Part shown: positions 26,983-35,245 of the stretch, piece by piece
How the letters are laid out: each line of letters starts with the position of its first letter
Position numbering within the stretch: position 1 is the stretch's first letter
NCBI GenBank assembly: GCA_022821725.1
Contig: JAJEDB010000115.1
Span: 17,457 to 81,456, forward strand
Length of the DNA stretch: 64,000 bases
Source of the DNA: Candidatus Poribacteria bacterium
Lineage (GTDB): Bacteria; Poribacteria; WGA-4E; WGA-3G
Direction: 5' to 3'
The notes under the pieces: model-generated
The model's input: only the letters and a program-made list of their open reading frames with translations
Database searches by the model: none
What the model was told of the DNA's origin: nothing
Translations under genes and position numbers: made by a program

Positions 26983-28131
26983 TTACTCATTTGCTTTCAA
27001 AACAGTGTATTGCTGCGGTTGACCCTCAACAATTTTCAACACACGGATACCCGCAGCAGGTTTGATAGGATGACGATTCCCATCAAAGCTGGAAATAGTT
27101 GTCGCCCCTTGGTAGTCAGTGATAGCCGCAACTGCATCCCGAATCATAACAGGGTCTGTGGATTGCGCGTTTTCAATCGCTATTGCCAATAACTTCATGG
27201 CATCGTAACCTAAGGGCGCAATACCGATAGGCTGCGCTTTAAACATTGTTTCATAAGCATCCGTAAAATCCGCAGCAAGTTCGTCCGAGATACTACAATA
27301 GTAAGAATTTTCGAGATGCCTGTTATCCTCTAAAACGTCTAACATCAACGGATCATCCCAACCATCGCTGCCGATAAAGGTGGTCTTAAGGCGCATCTCC
27401 CGCGCCTGTTTCACGATGCGCGGGTTCTCTGGCGGAAAACTCGCAAGCAGCAGCACATCAGGGCTTGACTCTTTGATGATCGCAAGTTGTGCATGAAACG
27501 TTGTATCGCCTTGTTCATACGTTTGACTGGCAACAATGCGACCGCCAAGTTCCTTGAAATTCGCATCAAATGCGTTAACGAAACCTTTAGAGTAGACATC
27601 CCCGTTCTGCCAGAGCATCGCTGCGGTTTTCTTGCCGAGGTCGTTCACGACAAACCCTGCCATGACTTTTGCTTGCAAGGCATTTGAATTCGCCACGAGA
27701 AAAAGAAAATCTCTCGGATCGTTCCCCGTATTCGTCACGTCGGCACCTGTTGCCCCGACGATGACAGGGATATTGATGATCGGTCCAACTTTAACAGCAC
27801 TACTTGAAAACATCGGACCTAATATAGCGACAACATTTTCCATTTCAGCTAATTCTGTTGCGGAATCAGCAATGGATCCTAATTCCACTTTATAGAGAAG
27901 CTCTACCTGCCTCCCAAGAACCCCGCCTGCCTTGTTGATTTCGGCTACCGCGAGTCTTGCACCGTCGCCAAAAGTGGCGTAATTTAGCAGTGGATGAATC
28001 AAACCCACTTTAAGTGTAGGCATTGGTTCTCCAGCTATTCCGACATCTTCCGTTCTCTCCCCCGCAGAAAAGTAAGCGACTGAGAGTCCGAGTAATATGC
28101 ATACTGTTAACTTAAAAATTTTCGGATTCAT
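26983..28131 (-). CDS. periplasmic substrate-binding protein, Leu/Ile/Val-binding (LivJ-like) family
   Basis: Signal peptide MNPKIFKLTVCILLGLSVAYF. Type I periplasmic binding fold pattern. No permease or ATPase genes adjacent. Confidence 0.7.
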   Translation of the reverse strand: MNPKIFKLTVCILLGLSVAYFSAGERTEDVGIAGEPMPTLKVGLIHPLLNYATFGDGARLAVAEINKAGGVLGRQVELLYKVELGSIADSATELAEMENVVAILGPMFSSSAVKVGPIINIPVIVGATGADVTNTGNDPRDFLFLVANSNALQAKVMAGFVVNDLGKKTAAMLWQNGDVYSKGFVNAFDANFKELGGRIVASQTYEQGDTTFHAQLAIIKESSPDVLLLASFPPENPRIVKQAREMRLKTTFIGSDGWDDPLMLDVLEDNRHLENSYYCSISDELAADFTDAYETMFKAQPIGIAPLGYDAMKLLAIAIENAQSTDPVMIRDAVAAITDYQGATTISSFDGNRHPIKPAAGIRVLKIVEGQPQQYTVLKANE

Positions 28132-28337
28132 AAACGGCTCCTATGTTTTTAGACCAGCGCACTCAGTGCAGGATAGTCTAATATTCTGTTTGAGGGTTTT
28201 CAGTTAGATAATAATGGTTCGGTAATCCATCCGAATGCTGCTGTCCATCACTGTTCAATCTCCAAAAAAGTATAACAAGTGTAAGAAAATAGTCAAGAAA
28301 AAATTAGAGGATTTGGTGTTTCCGCAAAAAGGACGGA

Positions 28338-28348
28338 TGTGGTATAAT
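28338..28348 (+). promoter_or_regulatory. extended -10 element TGTGGTATAAT
   Basis: TGnnnTATAAT at 28338-28348. The same tgtggtataat string precedes rpsF (39837-39847), and a tgtggtattat variant precedes the first TonB receptor (31997-32007). The -35 is weak. Confidence 0.45.
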
Positions 28349-28390
28349 AGTTATCCACATCACAGTGTATTGAGCCACCGGAGAAGCACA

Positions 28391-29446
28391 TTGATTAGCG
28401 AAGCTCGCCTGAACACAATTCTCAATCAATTTCGCGACCAACGGATTCTTGTCGTTGGCGATTTTTATCTTGATGCCTACTGGTCCATAGATAAAACCCG
28501 TTCAACACTCTCCTTAGAAACCCCGTGGCATACGAATCCTGTTGTTGCACAACGCTATAGTCCGGGCGCGGCGGGAACCGTCACAAATAACCTGAAAGCG
28601 TTAGGGGTTGGCACCGTCTATACGTTGGGGGTTATCGGTGAAGACGGGTTCGGTGGGACGCTCCTGGAGTGTCTACAAACAAACGGATGCCTGACGGATT
28701 TTATGATACAGACACCCGATTGGGTAACGCCTACCTATCTTAAACCCATCCATCGTGGCTATGAAGGTGTGGAGACGGAGGGACCGCGGTTCGATATTGA
28801 GAACCAATTCGGGATGGAGGCGGGGGTGGAAACGGCTGTGATTGATGCACTTCAAAATTGTATCCCACTGGTTGATGGCGTAATTGTCGGGGATCAGATG
28901 CCGATTGAGAACTTAGGCGTTATTACCAATCGGGTGAGAGAAGAATTATGTGAGTTGGGCGCGGCGTTTCCTGATAAAGTCTTTTTCGCCGACTCGCGCA
29001 CACGGATCGGCAATTATCGAAACGTTATCATTAAACCGAATCGGTTTGAGGCGAAACGCGCGCTTCAGCCAGCATGGGATGGACAGGACGTTGGCATCGA
29101 AGAGGCGAGGCAGTGCGCCGTTGCACTCGCAGAACAAACGCAACGAACCGTCTACGTGACCCTTGGGGAGAACGGTATTCTCGTCTATAGTGACGATGCG
29201 TTTACGCACATCCCCGGTATCCCCATTAACGATGAGATTGATCCTGTTGGGGCAGGGGATAGCGTCTCCGCGGGACTTGTCGCAACGCTCTGTGGTCTCC
29301 TACACACTTCACAAGCAGAGGCACCTGTTGAAGCCGCTTATGTTGGCAATCTGGTGGCGTCAATTACCGTCACCAAAATCGGCACAACGGGGACGGCATC
29401 ACCAACAGAGATCCTACAACGCCATCGGGACTATGAGAATCTATGA
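28391..29446 (+). CDS. PfkB-family carbohydrate kinase (HldE kinase-domain-like)
   Basis: ILVVGDFYLDAYW N-terminus and DPVGAGDSVSAG anion-hole motif. Start placed at TTG 28391 behind GGAG, downstream of the extended -10. Confidence 0.7.
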   Translation: MISEARLNTILNQFRDQRILVVGDFYLDAYWSIDKTRSTLSLETPWHTNPVVAQRYSPGAAGTVTNNLKALGVGTVYTLGVIGEDGFGGTLLECLQTNGCLTDFMIQTPDWVTPTYLKPIHRGYEGVETEGPRFDIENQFGMEAGVETAVIDALQNCIPLVDGVIVGDQMPIENLGVITNRVREELCELGAAFPDKVFFADSRTRIGNYRNVIIKPNRFEAKRALQPAWDGQDVGIEEARQCAVALAEQTQRTVYVTLGENGILVYSDDAFTHIPGIPINDEIDPVGAGDSVSAGLVATLCGLLHTSQAEAPVEAAYVGNLVASITVTKIGTTGTASPTEILQRHRDYENL

Positions 29447-30213
29447 ATGTTTTTGACGCAATAACACAGCGACGCAGCCATCGCGGAACGTTTCAGAACC
29501 GCGCCATTGATGCCACAGACCTTGAAAAACTCATTGAGGCTGCACGGTGGACACCCTCACCCTTCAATGTTCAACCCTGGGAACTTGTGATTGTTCAGGA
29601 GGCAGCGGGCAAGGGGGCACTCGCTGAAGTGACGGAGCGCGCTATCGTTGAACAATTCAAAGATGCCAAATTTCTTGATGACAATAGCCGGTGGATGCGT
29701 CTCACCGCGTCGGATTTGCAGGCGTTCGGTGATGGCGTTTTACTGACCGACCACGTTACGCTGCCGAAATTGCTGCAGGACGCCCCGGATGGAATATTGG
29801 AAGGGATGTTGAAGAACGCGAAGGCGTTCACACTTTTGGGGCATCTGGGGGCAGGAAAGATACCCGCGAAAGAGATCGCGGCACAGGTCCGTGAGGCACC
29901 GCTCCTCATGCTGGTTACGATGAATTGCAAGAGATATCCACCCGGGGACGGGGGGACGCGGTGGATGTGGTTGAGCATGGGAATGTTGATTCAGAATGTG
30001 CTGCTCGCTGCAACGGCTTTAGACATCGGTGTGCAGTTTGTCAGCGCGCCTCTGGAACGTCCCGCCGATCGTGAACACGTACGTCAACTTTTCAATATTC
30101 CGACTTCTCATGAAGTGGTTACGCTGCTCAGGATGGGATATGTTGAAGAGAATCGTGGGAACTCCGTCCGGTTGCAGTCATCAGCGTTTGTTCATCGTGA
30201 AAAGAGAGCATAG
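29443..30213 (+). CDS. nitroreductase family protein
   Basis: RRSHRGTF and SPFNVQPWELVIV. ATGA overlap with the kinase gene. Confidence 0.8.
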   Translation: MNVFDAITQRRSHRGTFQNRAIDATDLEKLIEAARWTPSPFNVQPWELVIVQEAAGKGALAEVTERAIVEQFKDAKFLDDNSRWMRLTASDLQAFGDGVLLTDHVTLPKLLQDAPDGILEGMLKNAKAFTLLGHLGAGKIPAKEIAAQVREAPLLMLVTMNCKRYPPGDGGTRWMWLSMGMLIQNVLLAATALDIGVQFVSAPLERPADREHVRQLFNIPTSHEVVTLLRMGYVEENRGNSVRLQSSAFVHREKRA

Positions 30214-30232
30214 GCGGGCACCGCAACCCGCC
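30213..30232. terminator. hairpin between convergent genes
   Basis: GGCGGGcaccgcaaCCCGCC, overlapping the nitroreductase stop and 20 nt from the stop of the minus-strand small ORF. Confidence 0.4.
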
Positions 30233-30251
30233 GCTATCGAAATGCTGTCTA

Positions 30252-30371
30252 TTAACTGCCGCTGTTCTGTAAGATTTCTTTCAATGCTACTTTCTTTTTT
30301 TTCAGTCGCCGTTGTTGGCGTTGGCGGATTTGTGTCCGACGTCGGACCTGCCCGCTTTTACTTCGTGGCAT
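30252..30371 (-). CDS. candidate 39-aa highly basic small protein
   Basis: MPRSKSGQVRRRTQIRQRQQRRLKKKKVALKEILQNSGS. ATG 4 nt after the stop of the upstream gene, preceded by AAAGGGGG. Internal part of track ORF 30252..30467. Confidence 0.35.
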   Translation of the reverse strand: MPRSKSGQVRRRTQIRQRQQRRLKKKKVALKEILQNSGS

Positions 30372-30375
30372 AACA

Positions 30376-31614
30376 TTACCCCCTTTCTTCGATGGTTTTG
30401 GCGAGATACAGGACTGCCGATCTGCACGCTGCTTCCACTTCTGCCATGGCAATGGTGAGTTCTGCATCTGAACGTGCGTGTAACTGCAACCGTTCTTCGG
30501 TAACCTTGATATAGCGTTCGTTTTTCACATCAACAAATTCAACCTGTTCTTCATTTTCATTCACCAAAGCGTAATTGGTAAGTCCATCTTGTAGAGATGT
30601 ATCGTCTGTCCGCGCCCCGAAACTCTTTTTAATTCCCAAACCGCCGAAGTTTTTATAAAGTGCCCGAGCAGGAAGTTCGTCGGGTGACACTGTTCGTACT
30701 ACGCTTGCTGCGGCAGGTGGATTGGGGAGATCGGCTGGCTTTGAAAGCAGGACAGAAGCCCCCTCAAGAGAGGGCGCAACATTTCCCGGATCGGTTATTT
30801 TAGCACTTATCGCCTCAAAATTCGGCGCAGCAGGTTTTGTTAAGGCAAGTTCGGCGTTCTCTACGTTAGGGCGTTCGGGATTTTGCTCAGTATCTGAAAA
30901 AACAGACATCGGTTGAGATTCATAAGTTTCTACGTCTTCGTATTCCAGAACGTTAGAAAGAATTTCTTTGACCTCTTCATGTCTGTCAACAATCATCTCC
31001 GGTTCTTCCACGAGGATCCGTAGCGTTTCAATACCGATGGTTTGGATTAGTGGATGGAACGTTAGTATTTCCGGTGGAGCGGCTTCAAAGAGCGAGCGCG
31101 TAACAAAAGCGACCTCTGCGAGTTCCCGGTTCCCTGTGAATTTGAGACGTTTTTCACACGCCGTGAGTGCTTGTATTAATCGTTGCATGAAGTCGGGTGT
31201 AACAAGATGTGGGAGCACTTCTACCCGAAAATGTTCGCATGCCTGTTCGGCTTCCGGTAAAGGATTGAGTGCCATTTCACTCGCGGCTGCTTCATCCGTT
31301 GCAAGCATTAACTCGGTAGCGTTTTCTTCAAAGGCATCTATGTCTGTTTTGGGTGTTTCGTAATGATCGAGCACTTCCGTCACGCGTGTATACATCAGTT
31401 CAAAATCGAAAAGGATACCTTCAAGTTCAGGTTCATTGAGCAGTTTTCGACTCTGTGAGATACAAGCTTGTAAATGGGCTTCCTCCGACTTTTCGTAGGG
31501 AAGTCTACGTTGTTTCTCAAGAGCAAGTTGTTTTTGTCTGTATTTCCGCTCCCGGTTTCGCTTTTCGCGCTTCCGGGCGACATTTACGGAGCGACGACTT
31601 TTTTTCTTTGCCAT
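30376..31614 (-). CDS. hypothetical protein with basic N-terminus
   Basis: ORF 30376..31647 trimmed to MAKKKSRRSVNVARKREKRNRERKYRQK. No recognisable domain. Confidence 0.6.
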   Translation of the reverse strand: MAKKKSRRSVNVARKREKRNRERKYRQKQLALEKQRRLPYEKSEEAHLQACISQSRKLLNEPELEGILFDFELMYTRVTEVLDHYETPKTDIDAFEENATELMLATDEAAASEMALNPLPEAEQACEHFRVEVLPHLVTPDFMQRLIQALTACEKRLKFTGNRELAEVAFVTRSLFEAAPPEILTFHPLIQTIGIETLRILVEEPEMIVDRHEEVKEILSNVLEYEDVETYESQPMSVFSDTEQNPERPNVENAELALTKPAAPNFEAISAKITDPGNVAPSLEGASVLLSKPADLPNPPAAASVVRTVSPDELPARALYKNFGGLGIKKSFGARTDDTSLQDGLTNYALVNENEEQVEFVDVKNERYIKVTEERLQLHARSDAELTIAMAEVEAACRSAVLYLAKTIEERG

Positions 31615-31729
31615 GATAGTCTTTTTTGTTAGTGATACCACCCACACACTAAAGCGTGAAGTTTCGGTTTCTGAGCAACTGCGCGATTTTCAGAAATAAT
31701 ACCTTTGCCCTGTCCAATCCTTTCCAATT

Positions 31730-31849
31730 AGGACTTACGCAGCTTGCTCGTTTTCGTGCGCTCTTTGGTTCGTAGTAGCGCAATTCATTGCGCTTTCTTG
31801 GGAAATATCTCGTCAATTTTGGCACGGAAGCCAATTTTGCGTAAGTCCT
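31730..31849 (+). mobile_element. MITE-like element, copy 3 (perfect 12-bp TIRs)
   Basis: AGGACTTACGCA 31730-31741 and TGCGTAAGTCCT 31838-31849, with internal gtagtAGCGCAATtcATTGCGCT. CCAAT occurs on both flanks. Confidence 0.7.
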
Positions 31850-31978
31850 GCCAATGAAAGGTGTCTACAGTCCGCAAGTTGAAGCACGGAGGTTTGACGC
31901 CAGGACGTTAAAAATAAGTATATACCATTACCGAGTTTATTGTCAAGTTTAAATTTTTTAGCATCTCTCACCTAAAAC

Positions 31979-32007
31979 TTGACGCAATGGAAATTTTGTG
32001 GTATTAT
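31979..32007 (+). promoter_or_regulatory. sigma70-type promoter, TTGACG-17-TATTAT
   Basis: TTGACG 31979-31984, 17-nt spacer ending TGTGG, TATTAT 32002-32007. MITE copy 4 starts 9 nt downstream. Confidence 0.55.
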
Positions 32008-32015
32008 ATATTAAT

Positions 32016-32136
32016 AGGACTTACGCAGTCTGCTTTTTTGTAGCACAAACTTTCCAGTTTGTGTCGGAAGTAACGTGTGTTTTTGCGAGAATTCCCATCT
32101 CAGAGAACGCGCTATAGTCAAAATTGCGTAAGTCCT
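32016..32136 (+). mobile_element. MITE-like element, copy 4 (perfect 12-bp TIRs)
   Basis: AGGACTTACGCA 32016-32027 and TGCGTAAGTCCT 32125-32136, with internal gtaGCACAAACTttccAGTTTGTGt. ATTAA-type flanks on both sides. Confidence 0.7.
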
Positions 32137-32316
32137 GTATTAATACAAACTGCCGCTTACCAGATTTTAGGAAAGGGCAGCCTCGGTTGTTAATTAAGGT
32201 TATAGTTTCTAAAGGGAGTGTAGGTGTGCTACCCATCCCACGTTTTTGTGTTTAATTTATAGGATAGTTTTCAAGGTTTAACGTTTGTATGAGAACCAAA
32301 AGGAGAAATTCTATCT

Positions 32317-35019
32317 ATGTATTACAGTAAATATATCAAACCCATCATCTTCGCACTCAGTATCTTTATAGTCATTACAATGGGTGCGTTTACGAGCGTT
32401 ATAGCGGATGAACATTCCAACACGGCGGAAGAAGCGGAGGAAACAGCGGAGACCGCTGACGAGGCTGAAGCGTCTGAAGAAACATCGCAAGCAGCAGCAC
32501 CGGTGAGGCTTGAGAGCCTCGTTGTTGTGGGTAGCCGTGCGCAACCGCGTTCCGTCTTGGATTCGCCAGTACCGGTCGATATTGTGTCAAACGAATCCTT
32601 TGAAAAGCAGGGGGGCGCGGATCTACCCGATCTGCTGAGAGCTTTGGTGCCCTCTTATAATGTCAATACGCAACCGATTAGCGATGCGTCAACAGTCGTC
32701 CGTCCAGCGAATTTACGGGGACTTGCCCCAGACCATACGCTGGTACTGGTTAACGGTAAACGGCGACACCGTGCCGCAGTGATTCACTGGCTCGGGAACG
32801 GTTTGTCTGATGGCTCACAGGGACCTGACCTGGCGCCTATTCCCGCAATTGCCCTGCAACAGGTAGAGGTCCTCCGTGATGGTGCCTCCGCACAATATGG
32901 GTCGGACGCTATTGCAGGTGTGATGAATTTTCGATTGAAAGACAGTCACGAAGGCGGTTCGTTTGAATTTAAACCCGGTATCTACCAATACGGTGACGGT
33001 CGACAGTTTGCTGTCGCTGGTAACATCGGTTTAGGGAATCCAGACGCCTGGAGTAACCTCAGTTTTGAATACGGTGGTGCAGATCCGACCATCCGGTCTG
33101 TCCAACGTAATGATGCTATAGCCTTGATTAATGCAGGCAATTTCAGTGTGAAAGACCCGGCGCAAATTTGGGGACAGCCGATTATAGAGAATGATGTCAA
33201 ATTGTTTGCCAACTACGGTGCCACCCTCACGGATACTATCGACTTCTATGGACATGCCAACTACGCTCGTAAGCGAGTCGAAGGTGGATTCTATTTCCGT
33301 AACCCAAACACCCGGGGCGGTGTGTTTAGCAGCACCGGTGGAGATACGTTGCTCGTCGGGGATTTGCGGGGTTTGACAGACGAAATGGCAGCTTGGGAAA
33401 CCCGAAAGCAGGCAGCAGAGGCTGCTGGACAGGAGTTTACCGAACTCTCACCGCACGAGGCTGACGATATTCCGATAAACAACCACGTTCCGGATCCCGC
33501 ACGGTTACAAGCCGTCAAGAGTGACCCGAATCTATTCACATTCCAGGAAATGTTCCCAGGCGGATTCACACCCAGATTTGGCGCATTCATGTGGGATAGT
33601 TCCGTCGTCGTTGGCGTTAAAGGCACTGCCCTGGAAGATGAATTAGGCAAACCCTTAACGTGGGATCTGAGCGGCTCTTTTGGACGGAATCATGCCGATT
33701 TCTTTATCTTCAACACTGTCAATGCTTCCCTCGGACCCGATACACCCACGTATTTTGATCCGGGCGACTATATCCAGACGGATTATAACCTCAACTTTGA
33801 TGTAACCTATCCGTTGAGCGACATGGTGTTCCTCGCTTCTGGTTTGGAATATCGCAACGAGGGATTTGAAATCATAGAGGGTGAACGCGAGTCGCATCAG
33901 ATCGGACCTCTTGCTGTTCAAGGCTTCACTGCAGCCTCTAACGGATTTTCAGGGTTCAGCCCGGTTGCCGCAGGCACGTGGCACCGTTCCAACGTCGCGA
34001 TGTATCTGGAAAGTGAAATCAGACCGATTGAGCCGCTCCTGATCGCGCTTGCTGTGCGTGGTGAACAATTTGAGATTTTCGGTAGCACCCTGAACTATAA
34101 AGCCGCCGCAAACTATAAGGTTACGGAAACAATGCGGTTGCGGGGAAGTTATAGTACCGGGTTCCGCGCACCGACACCGGGACAGCAAAATACGTTCAAC
34201 ATTACCACTGAATACGATTTTGTGAAGGGGGATCTCGTCAATAACGGAACAATTCCTTCCACTAACGCTGCTGTGGGTGTTGTGACAGGCAAGGAAGATA
34301 ACTCGCTTGACCCGGAAACATCAAATAACTTCACAGGTGGATTCACCGTCGATATTTTGGGCGTAAATTTCACGGTGGACTTTTTTGATATCCGGCTGAA
34401 AAACCGGTTATCTGTGTCACAAGACTTTACATTGACCGATTCGCAGAAGACGCAGCTCATCGCTGAAGGTGTAACGAGTGCGGCGAATCTGGAGCAATTC
34501 CGGTTCTTTATCAATGACTTCTCTACGACAACCAATGGTATTGACTTTGTTATTACAGCACCAATACCCAACGGAAACCTCATCGCCGTGTATAACTTTA
34601 CGAATACCACGGTTACCGAGTTCAATCCTCAGACACTGGACGATCATCGAATCAGGGAACTGGAAGAGAATTTACCTAAACACCGCGCCAGTCTGACTGC
34701 CTTTCAATCCATAACGGATGTGTGGGGTGTGCTCGGGCGTGCCAGTTATTTCAGCGGTTGGTTCGATTCTGAAGATTACTTACAGAATCCAGATGTGTCA
34801 GGCACTGGAGAATACTCTGGAAAGGTGATTGTCGACCTGGAAACCACTTACACTGTGGGATCGGGATTGGCACTCACGCTCGGTGGAAGAAATATCCTGA
34901 ATACCTATCCCGATGAAAATCCGAATGGTGCTGATTCTGTTGGTAACAAATATGGGCAGTTCAGTCCCTTCGGTTTTGATGGGGCATACTGGTATGCGAA
35001 AGTCGGATATAGTTTCTAA
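32317..35019 (+). CDS. TonB-dependent outer-membrane receptor, copy 1
   Basis: Signal peptide, acidic linker, TonB-box/plug LESLVVVGSRA...VEVLRGASAQYGSDAIAGV-type block, 900 aa, C-terminal ...KVGYSF. Confidence 0.9.
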   Translation: MYYSKYIKPIIFALSIFIVITMGAFTSVIADEHSNTAEEAEETAETADEAEASEETSQAAAPVRLESLVVVGSRAQPRSVLDSPVPVDIVSNESFEKQGGADLPDLLRALVPSYNVNTQPISDASTVVRPANLRGLAPDHTLVLVNGKRRHRAAVIHWLGNGLSDGSQGPDLAPIPAIALQQVEVLRDGASAQYGSDAIAGVMNFRLKDSHEGGSFEFKPGIYQYGDGRQFAVAGNIGLGNPDAWSNLSFEYGGADPTIRSVQRNDAIALINAGNFSVKDPAQIWGQPIIENDVKLFANYGATLTDTIDFYGHANYARKRVEGGFYFRNPNTRGGVFSSTGGDTLLVGDLRGLTDEMAAWETRKQAAEAAGQEFTELSPHEADDIPINNHVPDPARLQAVKSDPNLFTFQEMFPGGFTPRFGAFMWDSSVVVGVKGTALEDELGKPLTWDLSGSFGRNHADFFIFNTVNASLGPDTPTYFDPGDYIQTDYNLNFDVTYPLSDMVFLASGLEYRNEGFEIIEGERESHQIGPLAVQGFTAASNGFSGFSPVAAGTWHRSNVAMYLESEIRPIEPLLIALAVRGEQFEIFGSTLNYKAAANYKVTETMRLRGSYSTGFRAPTPGQQNTFNITTEYDFVKGDLVNNGTIPSTNAAVGVVTGKEDNSLDPETSNNFTGGFTVDILGVNFTVDFFDIRLKNRLSVSQDFTLTDSQKTQLIAEGVTSAANLEQFRFFINDFSTTTNGIDFVITAPIPNGNLIAVYNFTNTTVTEFNPQTLDDHRIRELEENLPKHRASLTAFQSITDVWGVLGRASYFSGWFDSEDYLQNPDVSGTGEYSGKVIVDLETTYTVGSGLALTLGGRNILNTYPDENPNGADSVGNKYGQFSPFGFDGAYWYAKVGYSF

Positions 35020-35049
35020 CCTATCTCGTGAAGAGTAATTTTCGCAGAT

Positions 35050-35075
35050 GGCGCGGTTTGCAATAAAACCGCGCC
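35050..35075 (+). terminator. hairpin after the first receptor gene
   Basis: GGCGCGGTTTgcaataAAACCGCGCC, 31 nt after the stop. Confidence 0.5.
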
Positions 35076-35090
35076 TATTCCATTTAAATC

Positions 35091-35180
35091 AGGACTTACG
35101 CACTCCCCCGGTAGGTGCGGTTTCTAACCGCACCGAATCCTGTGAAAACGAGTGAAATTTGGTCATTTTGCGTAAGTCCT
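35091..35180 (+). mobile_element. MITE-like element, copy 5 (perfect 12-bp TIRs)
   Basis: AGGACTTACGCA 35091-35102 and TGCGTAAGTCCT 35169-35180. The internal REP at 35111-35134 is identical to 25675-25698. TAAAT on both flanks. Confidence 0.7.
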
Positions 35181-35245
35181 ATAAATTTAATGTTCCGCTT
35201 TAGATAATTGTATCTTTTCACCTGAAAGATGAAGGAGCTTCATTC

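Noticed and set aside
32137-32316. Riboswitch (cobalamin/TPP) in front of the first TonB-dependent receptor
   Set aside because: I could not find a B12 box, a GCCACTG element or a TPP CUGAGA/ACCUGA core by eye. Only generic short hairpins are present. A cmscan would be needed to be sure.
35202-35215. Fur-box-like palindrome AGATAATTGTATCT upstream of the second receptor
   Set aside because: It has only 5-bp arms and a poor match to the 19-bp GATAATGATAATCATTATC consensus. It may simply be part of an AT-rich -10 region.
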